From Phoronis australis (lineage: Eukaryota; Animalia; Phoronida), in assembly GCA_002633005.1 (NCBI GenBank), contig NMRA01000020.1:1211650-1275649 (forward strand): DNA of 64,000 nucleotides, written 5' to 3'. The notes beneath the pieces are model-generated. The model had not been told where the DNA came from. It was given only the letters and a program-made list of their open reading frames with translations, and searched no databases. Each line of letters starts with the position of its first letter. Position 1 is the stretch's first letter. The translations under genes were made by a program, and so were the position numbers. Positions 36,692 through 51,272 of this stretch are shown here, piece by piece.

Positions 36692-39668
36692 NNNNNNNNN
36701 NNNNNNNNNNNNNNNNNNNNNNNNNNNNNNNNNNNNNNNNNNNNNNNNNNNNNNNNNNNNNNNNNNNNNNNNNNNNNNNNNNNNNNNNNNNNNNNNNNNN
36801 NNNNNNNNNNNNNNNNNNNNNNNNNNNNNNNNNNNNNNNNNNNNNNNNNNNNNNNNNNNNNNNNNNNNNNNNNNNNNNNNNNNNNNNNNNNNNNNNNNNN
36901 NNNNNNNNNNNNNNNNNNNNNNNNNNNNNNNNNNNNNNNNNNNNNNNNNNNNNNNNNNNNNNNNNNNNNNNNNNNNNNNNNNNNNNNNNNNNNNNNNNNN
37001 NNNNNNNNNNNNNNNNNNNNNNNNNNNNNNNNNNNNNNNNNNNNNNNNNNNNNNNNNNNNNNNNNNNNNNNNNNNNNNNNNNNNNNNNNNNNNNNNNNNN
37101 NNNNNNNNNNNNNNNNNNNNNNNNNNNNNNNNNNNNNNNNNNNNNNNNNNNNNNNNNNNNNNNNNNNNNNNNNNNNNNNNNNNNNNNNNNNNNNNNNNNN
37201 NNNNNNNNNNNNNNNNNNNNNNNNNNNNNNNNNNNNNNNNNNNNNNNNNNNNNNNNNNNNNNNNNNNNNNNNNNNNNNNNNNNNNTTTGTGTGTCTGAAA
37301 AAACTCACTCTCCCGCCCCTGTATGTTTTAGATATCGCGCTTTGAAAAGGGCAATTTGCCCCGTTTTTTTACACGGCGATAAACCGTGTAACGTGACTAA
37401 AAACACTCTCCAATATGGCGTCAAGTTGTCAGCTGCTGTAGCGCGTGCGCCTGGTCTTTAGCATGCGCGCACCCAGCTTTGAAAATGGGGGGCTCAAATT
37501 TCCGTGGACCTTTTGCTGACAAAGAATCGGGAGGACTAAAATAACTTCACTACTGTAAACAGTGCGTCTGCATCTTTTTAGTGAACTTTTGTCTCGTTTT
37601 CTCGGACTTTTTGTTTCTCTCGATCGAGCCCCCTCCTGTGCGCGCGCATGCATAGTATTACATAATAGGCTACCTGTAATATAGGTCCACTGCCTAAGAG
37701 TAGAGCATGGCTTTGTAGTCGAATATGTATGGTCCGGGTGATTTGCATTCTGGCGTGAGCAAAAGCATTGATTCATTATGTTTTTTATAGAATTATCTTA
37801 TCAATATTTCCATGGGGTGCTAAACCAAATTGCACACAAAACTAGCTAGTGTTTGGTTAGGACTGATTGGCAAAAACAAAAAACGATAGCCTGTCATATA
37901 TCTGAAATAACGGTAAGGTTTTACACTCAAAGATCCGATACATTACATGCTGGGACATTTGCATGCATGTTTACGTGTTCTAAAAACGCGTTGTGCACAG
38001 CCTATGAGGCGATGGCTTCATAGATTCCGGGTACGGTTAATTAACTTCGCAAGCACTAGAACTGGGTCGAGTGACTAACGTTAGTGCAGTGCGTTAACTT
38101 GGAATTGAATATTCATTTGGGCAATCAGGTGAACTTTTTTGCTCAGTGTAAAAAATGCATGCTTCTAACTATTGACTTCATCATCACCCAAATTCTCCTT
38201 TATCGTAACTTGAGTCAAAGGATCGAAGGAATATAAATAAATCAATTATTGTTTGATGAATAAGATCTAGTTTACTACAGAGTTCATCAATACATGTGTT
38301 GACGCACCGAATGGGTCGCTGACTCAGCTGACATCCAAAACAAGTCACTATAAACACAGATAATTTGCTAGCAAAGAAATAATATCAATAATACTATCAA
38401 ACTAACATACAATGTACTAAGTAATATGTAAAAATATCGTGAATTTCACGGATTTCCTGACAATAATTAAAGGATCTCATAATATCGACCATCCAAAAGA
38501 AAATGTCAAGCGGACCATGATTTCTCACGCTTTTTCTGACTCGACTGTACCTTTGCCGAACAATTAGGAAAGTCACATACGTGACGTTAACCGGGAATTA
38601 CGTGTTTCAGAAGGGCTAAGTTTTTTGCCGTTTCTGTTGTGTGGCGGCGTATAGCGCCAAAACCGGTGACGTATTTTCGGTAATAATACGACGCATCTTT
38701 ACCGATGTTCATAACGAAGTTTTCAAACCTGATTGTTATGACTTTTACTGGCAATCTCTTTTTTCAAAATAATGTCATATCACGAGCCTTGCTGGTCAGG
38801 GCAAAGGGAGTTACCAAGGAGTATAACGACACTCGAAGTCATTAAACGTAAGACCTTCAAAATGTAGGTACATGCAATGCATTTCGACACTAGTTGAACC
38901 ATTTTGGACTCGTTTTCGTCAGTGCTATGGTTTGATATGTTTTTTATAAAAATTGCTATGGTTAGAGCAAAAAATGGTGACAGATCGCTTGCGCGCACCC
39001 ATGACACGAGGGGGAGGCTCTGGGGGCTCGAAAGAGTGGCAAACTGGGCAAAAAGGTTCGCCTCAGAGAAACAATTGACACACCGAAAAAAGTAAAAAAC
39101 GAGACAAAAGTCCACTAAAAAGACAGGAACTACCAAAATTCGGCGAATGCACAATCCATAGCTCCGAAAGTACCCCGTAAATCTTAAAAGGTCCACATTC
39201 TCAAAAATTCGAGGCCCATTGTTTAGCAGGATGCGCGCATGATGTGGAGTCATGAAAAGTTTCCACATTTTGAAGTTGGGATCAACGGCGGAAAACGCCC
39301 TAAATTAATGATATTTGTATATAGACAGTATGTCAAAATACAAAATTTAACCAGTTGAATGTACTATACCATCATTGACCTCATTGCTAGAACACACTAG
39401 CTTATTCGCTAGTCAAAGGAATGCAACCTAACCTTACGGCTGATGTTATTGAACATATAAAAGAAAACATCGAAAATATTTTTGGAAACATCGAACATTA
39501 AGTAATTAATCGCGCATAGTTTATTATTGAATATGAAAATGAAAATAATATCAACAAATGTACAAAGAATAAAATCAAATATAAATGTACGACATCGAAT
39601 ACATATAATAACACCCGAACATAATTTTTGAACATTGAATTTTGCAACCTTTCATATTGACTTAACTC

Positions 39669-39955
39669 CGGCTAAAAACCGGCCACTGCCTGCTCCTCTC
39701 CCACATGCATCGCCTGAAAATCTCTCATAGAGACGAGTGCCCCTGTGGCACTGGCCCCCACACACCAGAGCATTTACTGCAGAGCTGCCCTACGTTCGAT
39801 TCCCTAAGGCGCCAGACATGGCCCAGTCCGGTGGAACTCAAGGTAAAACTGTGGGGCCCGATGGCATCATTGCGGCGAACTGCAGACTTCGCCCAAAAGA
39901 CCCAACTGACTATCTAAGCTACATGGCCGGGAGTGCTGAAGAAGAAGAGGAAGAA
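39669..39955 (+). mobile_element. 5'-truncated non-LTR retrotransposon (I/RTE-X-like 3' end) with (GAA)n tail and 10-bp TSD
   Basis: RLKTGHC...ECPCGTGPHTPEHLLQSCP zinc knuckle, stop at 39917, GAAGAAGAAGAGGAAGAA tail, and TSD GACTTAACTC at 39659-39668 and 39956-39965. Confidence 0.85.
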
Positions 39956-42405
39956 GACTTAACTCTGATCTGAGCGGAGCGCAGTTAACTGGACCGTTCA
40001 TACTGGCTTCGGTACTAGATAATGACCATAGAAGTAAACTGTTGGTGACGCTGACTTCATCGAAGTTATCGCAAGGCAGCGCTGCAAACTAAGACTTTTT
40101 CAATATGACATTTCAGGATTATTTAAATGTGCTAAATGACATTAAACTTATTCTTAAATCGATTGGTTATCATTAGAGCAAAAGCTAAGTAGCTATCAGT
40201 GACGGCACTACCCTGTAACTTGACGATAACAGTGGCACCTGGCGATAACTTCGATCGGACCGAAGTTAAGCGTTCATACAGCACCGCAGCGTCGACGTTG
40301 CGCTATTAAATCCACCTGTGAACTGCGATGTTTCTTGAGCCGTTAACTGTGATCCAGGACCGCAGATAAGCGTTCCTACTGCAACTTCCGAAGCCGTCGA
40401 CGCATCGACGTTAGTATGAAAGGCCCCGTGAATACTACATAGTTGTCTATTATATAATTAGTGTTGGCACTGACCCTTTGTCTGTTGGATCAGTCACGAC
40501 TAAAGGTCGGCGGGTAAGTTGCAAAGTCCAGTCAGCTGGGCAGATTATCTGAAGTGTGGATCGCCAGTAAATACTTTAATGTGCGTTTACTGAAGCTCTA
40601 CGGGTTTGCGGTGCGACATTGAAGTAAGTATACTGTGTCGTAACAACATACTATAACTGTGCTCATGGACCATCTCAGCTACAGTATACTGAAGTCGCAC
40701 AGCCACTTTGTCAGTTCACGGGAGACGCGGGCGGCAGTGCTGTCTACCGTTGTCAACATCAAAAACAAATGATTGAGGCCACTTATCATTTTCAGAAGGA
40801 CCCTTGATCAAATTACCGAGGTGATTTTCAGTGCGTCCGTCGTGAGACCAAATCAATCATAACTGTAGCCTGTTGAGCCTTTTGAGACACGGCGGAATGC
40901 CATTTAGGCCTATGCATAATTCTTGCCTAGCCCAGCTGACTTGTGAGCAGAATAAGGAACAAGATAACACCTATGTTGTAAAAATAAGTGGACTGACATC
41001 AAAACCTATTGTTAACAGTAAATGCGTTGATGATTACTAAAACTCCCATTATGGCTGTCTATCGGAAAGGAACTTGACCTATTTTAATGCCTTGATCGTA
41101 TGCGTGTGCGACATCTTTTGGCTGTCGTCGGGAATGAATCCATCTGCTGTGTGTGAACTTGGAATCCTTCTGAATCTCAAAAATATTTGTTTGGGCAGGC
41201 ATGTGAAATTTTTTGTTCAGTGTAAAGAATTTTTGTAATTATTGACCTCATGATCACCCCCTTTTCCCTTTATCGTATCTGATGACAAAGAATGGGTGGA
41301 ATTTTTGAGTGGTTAAATCAGTTATTGTTTTATCGCCAGTAGTTGAAAAAAGATTGGTTAAAATTTGTGTCATTTTATTATTAGCGCTATGGAAATTTTA
41401 TCAATGTGAAAGTGATTATTTATGTGAACTAGTCAAGTTTCCTAGTGTATTCCACTTTCACACATACGCGATCTTGACTAGAGATTAAGCAAGATTCCAA
41501 GTTCACGCATGGCAAATCGATGGAATATGGCCGAGGATTCGGCCCCAGTTCATTTGTGTGACTAGTTAAATCTAAATTCACATCTGCTTAAGGAGAAATG
41601 TTCGATTCTTTTACATCACGTTCAAAGCAGGTGGTGAGAACTTTGTCACTGTTATCAAGAAACCGTGTCATTGTCGCAAAAGCTCATAAACCACATCAGT
41701 GCAGCTACTTTGTCTTCGCTAAGACCTAGCTCATAGATTTCAGTATTGAATTGTGTCCTTGAATTTTTTCCGGATAATAGTTACTAGCTGAAGTTCATTT
41801 AAAACAATACCAAACCTGGCCGCTTTCGCCGGGCTATTACTAGTGAACTAGGACTTTCCCGGCATCCTGATCCAGCACGCAAACAAATAATATCGTCTCT
41901 GCCACTCTCGAGCTTCAACGCTCAAAAGTTTGGATCAAAATTTGAAATTTCTTACAAAGTCTGCTTAACGGACACGCGTGACCTTCACCTTACTAGGCGA
42001 TTTACACCACATCTACAAGGAAAGACCACCCGCCAAGAACCACAATAATCTATCCTGTGACTCATAGATTAAGGGTTTTTAGTTGAATCCTGCTTTTATA
42101 ACTCACAATGGAGACGCCATTGGTGTATTTGCAGGGGACACTTAGAACGAGGATTGATAACAGTCATGAAAACACGGTTTATTATCCCTTTAAACCGTTA
42201 AATGCTTGTCACGGCGATAGTCTGATATAAATCGTCCCCGTATTTTGAGGACCAGTTTAATGCCACCTATTCAATGGAGAAAACTGGTTCTCAAGTGTCA
42301 CTATATACTTACACCGGTGCATGATCAGATTAAAGTCGGATTGCTGAGCACGAACGATGCACCAAAGCGTACGCATAGTACGTCAGCCGACCACTTTCTG
42401 AAAAC

Positions 42406-44863
42406 TGACCTATCGCAAGCTCCGCTCCCTTGCGAAAAGTCGCGTGATAGGCCCGTAGCCAGCATTGCGCGGGCGGGGTGATTCGAATTTCTGGTACGGT
42501 GAACCTTTGATATTATGCAAACGTCGACACTGTAAAGTTTTTGGTAAGGCCCTTGACGTAGCTTAACTAGGACGTGGGGGAATCTATATGCACAACGACG
42601 ACTCTCAGCTCTATTGTCGAAGTGGGCAAAAAGGTCCGCGGAAACGAGACTGAGCTAGTTTGGGGTCGCTGCCCCTCAACCTCACCCATCAGAACCACGC
42701 GCATGGCCGGGTCGAAACTAAATGTAGTTTGTAGGCTACCCCGTCCCTGCCAGTCTTCACGAAGTCGTAGAGTCCTATTAAGACCTACTAAATTTAAAAC
42801 CGCCGCTGTTGGTAGCTGAAGTCCTGACCCGATGTGCCTGCTTGAGACTGAATGAGTCGTCAGTTAGATTGACGATTGGCAGTGATTGGAACTGAGCTCA
42901 TCTGTAAACAATGTAATCAATGTTTTAAGACTATTCAACTTTTGTACACCCTTTAAATTTTTACTAAATGGGCACAAATACAGTACTTTTTTCATGTCAG
43001 TTCCGACTCATTAGCAGACAATCAGAATTAATGAACTGTCGGAGTTCTGGTTTCGGAATTGTGGACATTCGAAGTAGTGAACTTTCGAAGGTAGCGAACC
43101 TTCGCAGTAATTTCGGAGTAGTGGACTTTCGGAGTAGCGAACATTCGGAATAGTCACATGAAACCTTGGAAATCTTTTCCATCTTGTTGCTCGTAAGACG
43201 CCTGAAAGGCTGTGTGGGATTGGCACTGATTGACAAGAGAAGACTTTCTTCATTGACCAAAGTTTTTATTATGTCTAGACCTACTTTTCCCTAATAACAT
43301 TAACATGCTCCTGTGCTCACTGCCTATAGACCATGGGCTGCGCAGCACTGAAAAAAGTGGGTACCATAGCCCCCCCTCCCCCCTCCAACCCCCTATGGTG
43401 CGCCGCCCATGCAGTTAAATGTCTGATTCTTGAGAAATGACGGAGGACTGCCTATAGAGAGCTTAAAAGTATCACCGGCGTGTACTGAATTTGAAAGAAT
43501 GGAAAAGCAGACACGTGTACACGCATACATGTCATCCAACAATCCACTGCCAATGTGGAAATTTGGAAATGTCTGAAATTTACCGTACTCTGCCAATGTC
43601 AAAATAGCAGATAAACCTACTTTCTGCTATTTTGTTCCTTGGTCGATTTTAAGACGTTCACACGGCACTACTTTTTGGGAGCTCTCTCGCTGCTATATAA
43701 CCTATCTAGATATAGACATTTACTTAGACTCTCGTGTTAGCCTGCCACCACGCGCTCAGTGCCGATGAATAACCTAAAGCCTCTTCTTATCATATACACG
43801 ATCCTATCATCAAGCACCATTCGGGCGAAGTTGACCTAGTAAGTTAGGCCAACCATCTGATGAACTTCACATTTTTTGTAGTTTCATTGCATAAAGGTAG
43901 CTTTCATTTAATTTTAAAAGTGGCATGATCACTAAGCTATAGTATGGTAACAAAAGATTGACAAGTCTGGTGTAGTGGCGAAAAGTGGCCATTTCCAAAA
44001 ATAACTAAAATTGTTTTTAAAGCTTCATAAATCCAAGTATGGTGTTTGAACACCTGCAACATGAGCTCTTCTTAACTCTAAAGGCGTAGTGTATACTAAA
44101 GCTTCTCATCAAAAAGTAATTCAACTGTTTATTTTTTCTAGTGACAACAGCTCAAACGAGGCTTTGAGTTCAGTAATCCAGTACCCCTACCTGCAATGCC
44201 GATCGAATCTGTCAATTTTGGTGAGAAGTTCAATTGAACGCCAACCTACGGGTATATGAATAACAAAAAATGTAACTATGCTACGAAACAGAAGTATGTC
44301 CATTATAAATCGAAATAAATGAAAAATAATAAAAAAATGTCCTTAAAAACAATTTTCCGGTCCTTCAGACCAGTGCTGGGATCCAGCAGATGCCGAGACA
44401 AAGGCGCCCCAGACGAGTGAAACTCCGAACTAAGTTAAAATCAGATAGGCCTACAGTATAGCCACCAAACTGAAAAGTATGTATCTTGGAACAAATATAT
44501 TTTTGTTTAACCTTCGAGTAATCCAGCAACATTGCCAAGTTTAGCTGCTCGTGTGGCCGTCCCCACAATTTGATCCATCGTTTACACAGGCGACAACACT
44601 TTTCGGATTAGGGAATGCCCAAAATATGATGGGATGTTCTTCTCGATCTGTAAAACTGCTGTCAAAACTACACACGGCATATCAACACCGTTTCACCATT
44701 CTTATCGCACAATTTTTTAGCTTTAGACTCAAAAACGCTTTACCTACAACGACGTTGTTTGTCGGGTAAAATGACGGCTTGGAAAAGCAGACGAAAGTAT
44801 GTCAAGAATGCTGTGTTCTGATTGGTCAGTTAAGCCGTCAATCATAATCCTGGCGATAGATCA
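42406..44863. mobile_element. ISL2EU/PIF-Harbinger-like non-autonomous element, copy 2
   Basis: TGACCTATCGCAAG ... GCGATAGATCA|AT. Region 43870-44863 aligns by eye with 29091-30090. Confidence 0.8.
43038..43153. repeat. Degenerate ~16-bp tandem repeat (TTCGGAGTAGTGGACT-like)
   Basis: About 7 imperfect units read directly. Confidence 0.75.
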
Positions 44864-45053
44864 ATTATTTTGGCAACGCATAGTTTGCTATGATATTGTA
44901 AGAAATTCTCTTTCTACCAGACCAATGCTGACTATGTGCATTGTTTTGAGATCAACTCTACTGTACAACCATTGCAAGACTGTATTAATAAAATTTGATC
45001 AATTTTAGGTTCTTTAACTTCCAACCGACGTCGTGCCCACTGTTTTGACGAAG

Positions 45054-46173
45054 ATGGCGCCGAAAAATGATGACGAAACTCAACCCTTGTTGTTATCAGT
45101 GGTCATACAGAAGCCCAAGCGATCTATAGTTTTGGAGCCTGTTGTCTTGATGTACGCATTGGGTTTGTTTGGTCTGATACCAGTCAGTGGGCAGTATGTT
45201 TTCGTGCAGATAGGCAAGAAATACAATTATACACAGGCGGGAATTGGTAACGCCGACAATGGAAGTTTGTGTAGCGTGAATAAGTCAGATCCAACTTACG
45301 TGCTGCAGCAACAAATTGAAAGCGAGGCTGCTACATTTTCGCTGTACTCGTCAATGCTGTCCTCCTTGCCGGCCATTATTTCGGCTACATACATTGGCGG
45401 GTATACGGACAAACGCGGTAGACGACCTGGAATTATCATGCCTGTGTTTGGTGCCTTCGTCCAAGTTCTTGTCTATATTCCAGTTATTTATTTCGAAATG
45501 AGTATCTATTTTCTCTTGATTGGGTCTTTTGTCAATGGTCTGAGCGGTTATTTCACAGTATTCCTATCGTCTGTTTTTTCTTATATGGCTGACAGTTCAA
45601 CCCACGAAACGAGATCACGGAGAATTGTAATAGCAGAATTGTTACTCACTGTTGGTTCTTTTATCTCCAATTTCGGCCTCGGCTACATGATAACTGGTGT
45701 CGGTTTTCTGTGGCCAGCCATATTGCTGTCAGGGATTCTCGCACTATCATTCACATATGCGTTGTTTTTCGTCCCTGAAACGATTGTCCAGCAACCAAAT
45801 TCACCCATTGATATCGTCAGTGTACTACGAAATGGTCTCAAGGTGTTCCAAGACGACAAGTCTACTCGCCGCCCTGTCAAACTTCTACTGTTGTTGCTAG
45901 CACTTTGTTTCTTTTTTCTTGTTGTGGTTTCAAGCGCGACCATTGTGGGTTATTTTTTGATAGACTCGCCTTTGTGCTTTTCGTCTTTAGCAACTGGCAT
46001 TTACTACGCAGCTACTAGTTTGATTGTTTCAATTGGAGTTGGTTCTGGCCTCTTTTTCTTCTTGAAAGTGATGAAGTTAAAGGACTTGACAGTTGTTCAG
46101 ATAGCCTGCGTGTCGTTTGTGGCACACTACATCATACTTGGCTTGTCAAAGAACCAATTTCTTGCTTATCTAG
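45054..46173 (+). CDS. SLC46A1: SLC46-family (proton-coupled folate transporter-like) MFS transporter, coding exon 1
   Basis: ATG at 45054 (AAGATGG) after an acceptor at 45008. Many TM helices, LEPVVLMY, GGYTDKRGRRP (MFS motif A) and FSYMAD. Donor G|GTAAGT, phase 1. The symbol is family-level; the paralog (A1 vs A3) cannot be resolved. Confidence 0.88.
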
Positions 46174-47808
46174 GTAAGTGAGTTATTTTCCTTTGTTAGA
46201 AAGAGTGACGTGGTGGTTAGAAAAATTAAATCCTGATTCAATAAAGGCTTTCAGTATCACTTAGAAATCAGGACTGTGTGCACACTGAGTAGTGTCCGAC
46301 TCGGCTTCACTCGTCGAAGTCGACGGTGCGGGAGGGTCGAGTTCGTGCGGCCTCAAATACACCAAAGTCTGCCGATATGGCGAGGTCTAACTCATTACCT
46401 GTTTCCCTTATCGTCTGAGTGCCGTCTTCACCCCCATCTCCGTAACTGTCTTCATAATGCCGGTACTTGTCAAGCTCGCTCTCTAAGTCTTCGTAACTTA
46501 AATATCATTACTGTCCGCCATTACATATATTGTCAACTCAACGCCGTCTATTAATGACATCATGTTGCGGGAAACCAAAAATTCGTTAATTTTTCTTTAA
46601 AATTCAAAATTTCTCAATTATTTTCCAAAATAAGTCCTTGTTTAGTTAGTTTTTGCGTTATAAAGTTATTGTACACGGTCTAAAACCTCAAAAAGTGCAA
46701 AAATCCATTGCAGGAACGCGTTAACGTCTAAACGGGATTGCATCAATGAAGTTCATTCCTAATTGCATGTCGTTAGCACGTGCAATTAGGAACATTAACC
46801 TTCCGCGCATATTTAGAGAAAAAACAAAATAGTTTCACCACGAAACAACAAAAACAATGGTTTCCTAATACGGCATGACGTTCTGCTCTGAAATTAAGTC
46901 TGTTAGCTGTAATATTGAATTGGAATAAATTGAATCCTCAAGTGATGATACAGAAAGCATCTTGTTAAAAAGCGAAATTCTTCAATTTCATACAAAATAA
47001 AATTCTGGCAGTATTTGAACAGCCGTAATTCTGTATCTACTCTTCTTCACCACACCTCGATTTCAAGAGTATATAAAGGATATTAACCCAGTTCACCCAA
47101 TACAGCAGCATTGGTAGTTTTTGAGCCGACTCTCAATATGTATTTACAGAATATAATTTGTGTGCTTTCTATGGAGCTGTACTGCTTTACAGTCCAAACC
47201 TCAACACCATACATTAGACTCGGTGCTACCACTTTATCAAAGAGTAGTCACAAAATCTAAACCACCAATATATCTGTCAAACCAAACAATGTCGTGAACT
47301 ACCTTTTTCCCTTAATGGCTAGTTCATCAGCATTTTTAGCATACACAAGGCGTGATGAAAAAATACTGCCAACATACATGTACGTCTAAGATGGAACTAT
47401 TTTAATTTCCGATGATTTAATTTCTCACACCTCTTTATTCCACAATTGTCACAAAGCGATAGTACAATGTACATCCTGTTTAAGGTAAATAAATAACGTT
47501 TCAAGTACCTTCTTAGTTAATCTATCAAAATTGATCAGGAAAGCTTTTCTCACAAGAGCTAGTGTCTAAATGCTTCAGTGTTCTGATTGTTATATAGTCT
47601 TCCTTTTTTTCACACATCATTGTGTCTGCATATATACTTTGTGTGTACTATGGGCCGGTGGCCTTTTATATACAGAGAATAAAGAACGTTTCTCTTGTAT
47701 GCATTAAACTGACATGAGAATATGAACTTACTGTACTTTCAAGTTTTGCTGAACGTCATTTGTTCAGGAGATGTTCGTAACATTTTCTCTTTACATTTTG
47801 TTTTGCAG

Positions 47809-47892
47809 CTATTGGTGTGAGCTTCGTTGAGTTCATGTGTGTTCCAGTCCTGAGGTCCACTATGTCAAAGCTGGTGCATCCTACCGAACAAG
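47809..47892 (+). CDS. SLC46A1: SLC46-like transporter, coding exon 2
   Basis: TTTTGCAG|...|GTGGGT, phase 1-1. AIGVSFVEFMCVPVLRSTMSKLVHPTEQG contains the conserved RS.MSK.V...EQG. Confidence 0.88.
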
Positions 47893-48869
47893 GTGGGTGC
47901 ATTCATCTATTCTCTATTTGTAAGGAGTGCAACAGGTTACATAGTCATGTAGTTGCCGAACGATCGGGCCAGCCATTTAAGGCGTCACGTCATCATTTTC
48001 AAATCATGCAGTTATGGTCCAGTGCAGTTACAAATACGCTAACTCGTAATCGACGTCGATACTCATGCGGTTAGGATTCATGCCTCTTTTGTGACCAAAC
48101 ACGTCCGACTGATCGACTATAACCACCCATATGTGCATTATACATGTATTAACCACAACAGCTTATAACTACTTGAGTACCAGGCGATGTTAACAAACAA
48201 CAACCAATTCATTTTGTTACCCGAATCGATATCAGCATCAATCCATGTTTGAACGTGAAAATACCACCAACATTTAATATTTTCATGTACAAGAAAGAAA
48301 TAAATTCTTCTCATTGTATGGCTTGTTACATTATATCCTCCTGCTGTCGCCGGGAGGAAGCATAATTGGTCTTGCTGTCATACAAGTGAATGTAAAATTA
48401 TATCTTTTTCGTCATCATTAGTCTACCAGGGTATGCCGTACCGTGAAAACAGTGCAAAAGAAAACACTCTTTCATAGTGCTACGAAAGATAGGTGGCGCT
48501 GTGTCAGAGGATATGCAGAAGAATATAACGATTTTCAATAAACATCCTTTAAAAGATAAGCGTGGCTTGTGAACATGCTTGCTCGCATGGAGGGAAAAAA
48601 CGAATGCACGTTACCGTGGTATTTGAATAAGTTGTATGGAAGAGGTCGTTAGAAGCAGAAGCGTAGCCGGCGCCGACTGATGTGACAACTAATACACCGT
48701 CTGCACCAACCGTTTCTTTAGAGTTTGTCCGTAATGGCCAAAACATTTGGCCAGGCGCTTGTACGTTAGTGAAATTAGCCTTACTAATGGGCATGCGTTT
48801 AAGCTGGAAAACTCCAGACATATTTCTCCGTACTGGAATTGAACGTAATCAAGCCCTGTGTATTTGCAG

Positions 48870-49026
48870 GTTCGCTATTCTCCTTCGTAGCTACAGTGGA
48901 GGGTATTTGCTCCTTTGCCGGCAGCTTTCTGTGGACTTTTGTCTATGGAAGAACAGTAACTTTCTTTAACGGTTTCACCTTCTTTTGTATGGCTGCTTCC
49001 GGTTTAACGACATTCGTTATCGTTAC
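48870..49026 (+). CDS. SLC46A1: SLC46-like transporter, coding exon 3
   Basis: TTTGCAG|...|GTAAGT, phase 1-2. GSLFSFVATVEGICSFAGSFLWTFVYGRTVTFFNGFTFFCMAASG. Confidence 0.88.
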
Positions 49027-49947
49027 GTAAGTAATCAGTTTCATTCCGTTCACAGTTGCTCGGAACATGAAAATCTAGTTTGTGCATGAATAAGTATTGC
49101 GTACTGTCACGAGTGTTCAATCACTTCATTATGTTTTGATGTGAATGACTGGCGTAACAGACCTGTTAAGTATTATTTAATAGTTTTATTGTTTCAATAA
49201 GGCTTGCTTCCCCCATCACATTCGGAAGAACACGTGAATACTTGTCACAGACAATTTTTAGTTTCGTCTAAAATATTGCTTTTCCATATGCTTGAAGAAT
49301 TGCTTGAAAATAACTCAAGTGCATGAAGTAAAGGCAGACAATGTCAATGTCCACAAAGAAAAAGTTCTTTTCATGCAACACCCCGTAAAAGCTGGATTGT
49401 GACTATCATGGAAGTTTTCATAAAATGAAACTTGCGCGCTAATTCCTTATCTTGTGATTGCTCAGTCACATTACATAGAAACACAACGTATAGCGACAAT
49501 GTGAATATGAAGTACGTTGAAAATTCCCAAATGTTTTCAAGAACGAGTTTGTGTCGAAAATGATCCGCCGTAAATCACACAATCGTGTCCAGTACGTATC
49601 GTGACGTAGAGATGTTTCTGGTGACATTAAATAAATTAACTGTCTCCTTTGTAAACCTAAAATTACCAGCTTATATACAAAATCGTCGTCTTGGGACCAC
49701 AAACTGAAAAAATGTACTAACAATCATTTTGGGTGTAATGCGTTCTAAACATCACCCTTCGCTTTTGTTACTGGCGTTCTCCATAGTTTACAAAAAGTGC
49801 CCGTGGTCCTTAGACCTTTCCTGGTGATAGGTACTTTATTGATAATCAGAAACTACGAAACGAATTACAGAGCAAGCCTATGTTTTAGCACTTATTTTTT
49901 GTTCACTTTGAGCGCAGTAGTTGGTGATTAGGAGAAGTAGTTTCGAC

Positions 49948-50053
49948 CAAATCGAGCATGAAATGCCTATAAACATATTAAGCATGAAGCGCCTATAAAC
50001 AAATCGAGCATGAAATGCCTATATACAAATCGAGCATGAAATGCCTATAAACA
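49948..50053. repeat. Minisatellite, about 4 x 26 bp (CAAATCGAGCATGAAATGCCTATAAA)
   Basis: Direct read. Confidence 0.85.
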
Positions 50054-50092
50054 TGTTTATGTTTAGTTAGTTTGCACGTTGTTGTATTGTAG

Positions 50093-50168
50093 CATCCACA
50101 AGAGCATATTTCGTGACAACCAGCAGCACCAGAATGATGGGAGAGAGAACGGGGAAAGGATTCAGTAG
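50093..50168 (+). CDS. SLC46A1: SLC46-like transporter, probable terminal coding exon
   Basis: Acceptor TTGTATTGTAG, phase 2 compatible. Hydrophilic tail (T)IHKSIFRDNQQHQNDGRENGERIQ*, giving 478 aa in total. Other acceptors (e.g. 49830) cannot be excluded. Confidence 0.55.
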
Positions 50169-51272
50169 AACAAATCAAGGTAATACGACGGTCCCGGATA
50201 GAAATATCCTGTGCCTTGGAGGTAGGAAAACGCGTTGTTACATCGTGACATTGGCTCCATTTTAGAAATGTCAGTCAGGCTGAATCTCAAAAATTGTGTG
50301 GGAAATATTGCATCCATGGAAACTTCTCAAGTTCATCAACATTCAGCTGTCGGAATTGCAGCCCACAACACAGCAGTAAAACTTCGTTGACACTGAAAGG
50401 TCAAATACAGTTCATGCAGTCGAGAACTTGAAAAAGCAAGTCACCTACAAATGACACGAGAAACTCCAGTGGAGCAAAACCGAAGCAAGAGAAGTGCTGC
50501 ACGGAAGGATTGTGGGTAATTTGAAGTGTGGCTGTGCAATTTGGGACCGCCCTATCATGAGTCACCACAATACTATCACTGTGATGAAGAGCCACGAGTT
50601 TTTACATTTCTACTGACAGTAAAGACTATCGTTGATTTCTGTCACTGCTTGTATAAAGCGTAGATTCGTTTTAACAGCCTGTGATCTCGGTTTATTTTGT
50701 ACACCGCCGAATTTTTGGCAAACAATAGACAGATTAAAGAGCGCTCGTGTATTTCAGCCTGTGATAACTGCAATCAGTGGACTGGGGTTTTCAACTCCCC
50801 GACTAAAGGGTTAACTGGTGGAGGTGTTCACTATAACGATGTACAAGTCTCTATATTTTACAATGACTATATTCTGAGACTTAGTCAAGCGAGCCCTTTA
50901 GTGTAACATAATTCCGAATTCTTTCCGCAAAATGTTCTAGCGAAAAAAGGTAATATTTTTATTCCTTATTTTTACGTCTACATGTATGCGATAAATTTTC
51001 AAAATTCCGCAAAAAGACTTGTATGAAACGTTTGTGAAGTGCTAAGCCAGACTTACAGGCTCTCTTTGTGTTATTATTGCATTCATGTTCATGTATATAT
51101 TTATATACTTTCATGGACAATCACAACCATAACATTTAATATATTCTGTCTTATGTCAAAAATTGATCTTTCCTCAGAATAGAGTATTGGAGTTCTTAAA
51201 AACGCACCGTTCGTTAAAGCTTTAACCTAACTAAAGTACATGTATAATGGCTTCCACCCGCCACACTCTTCT

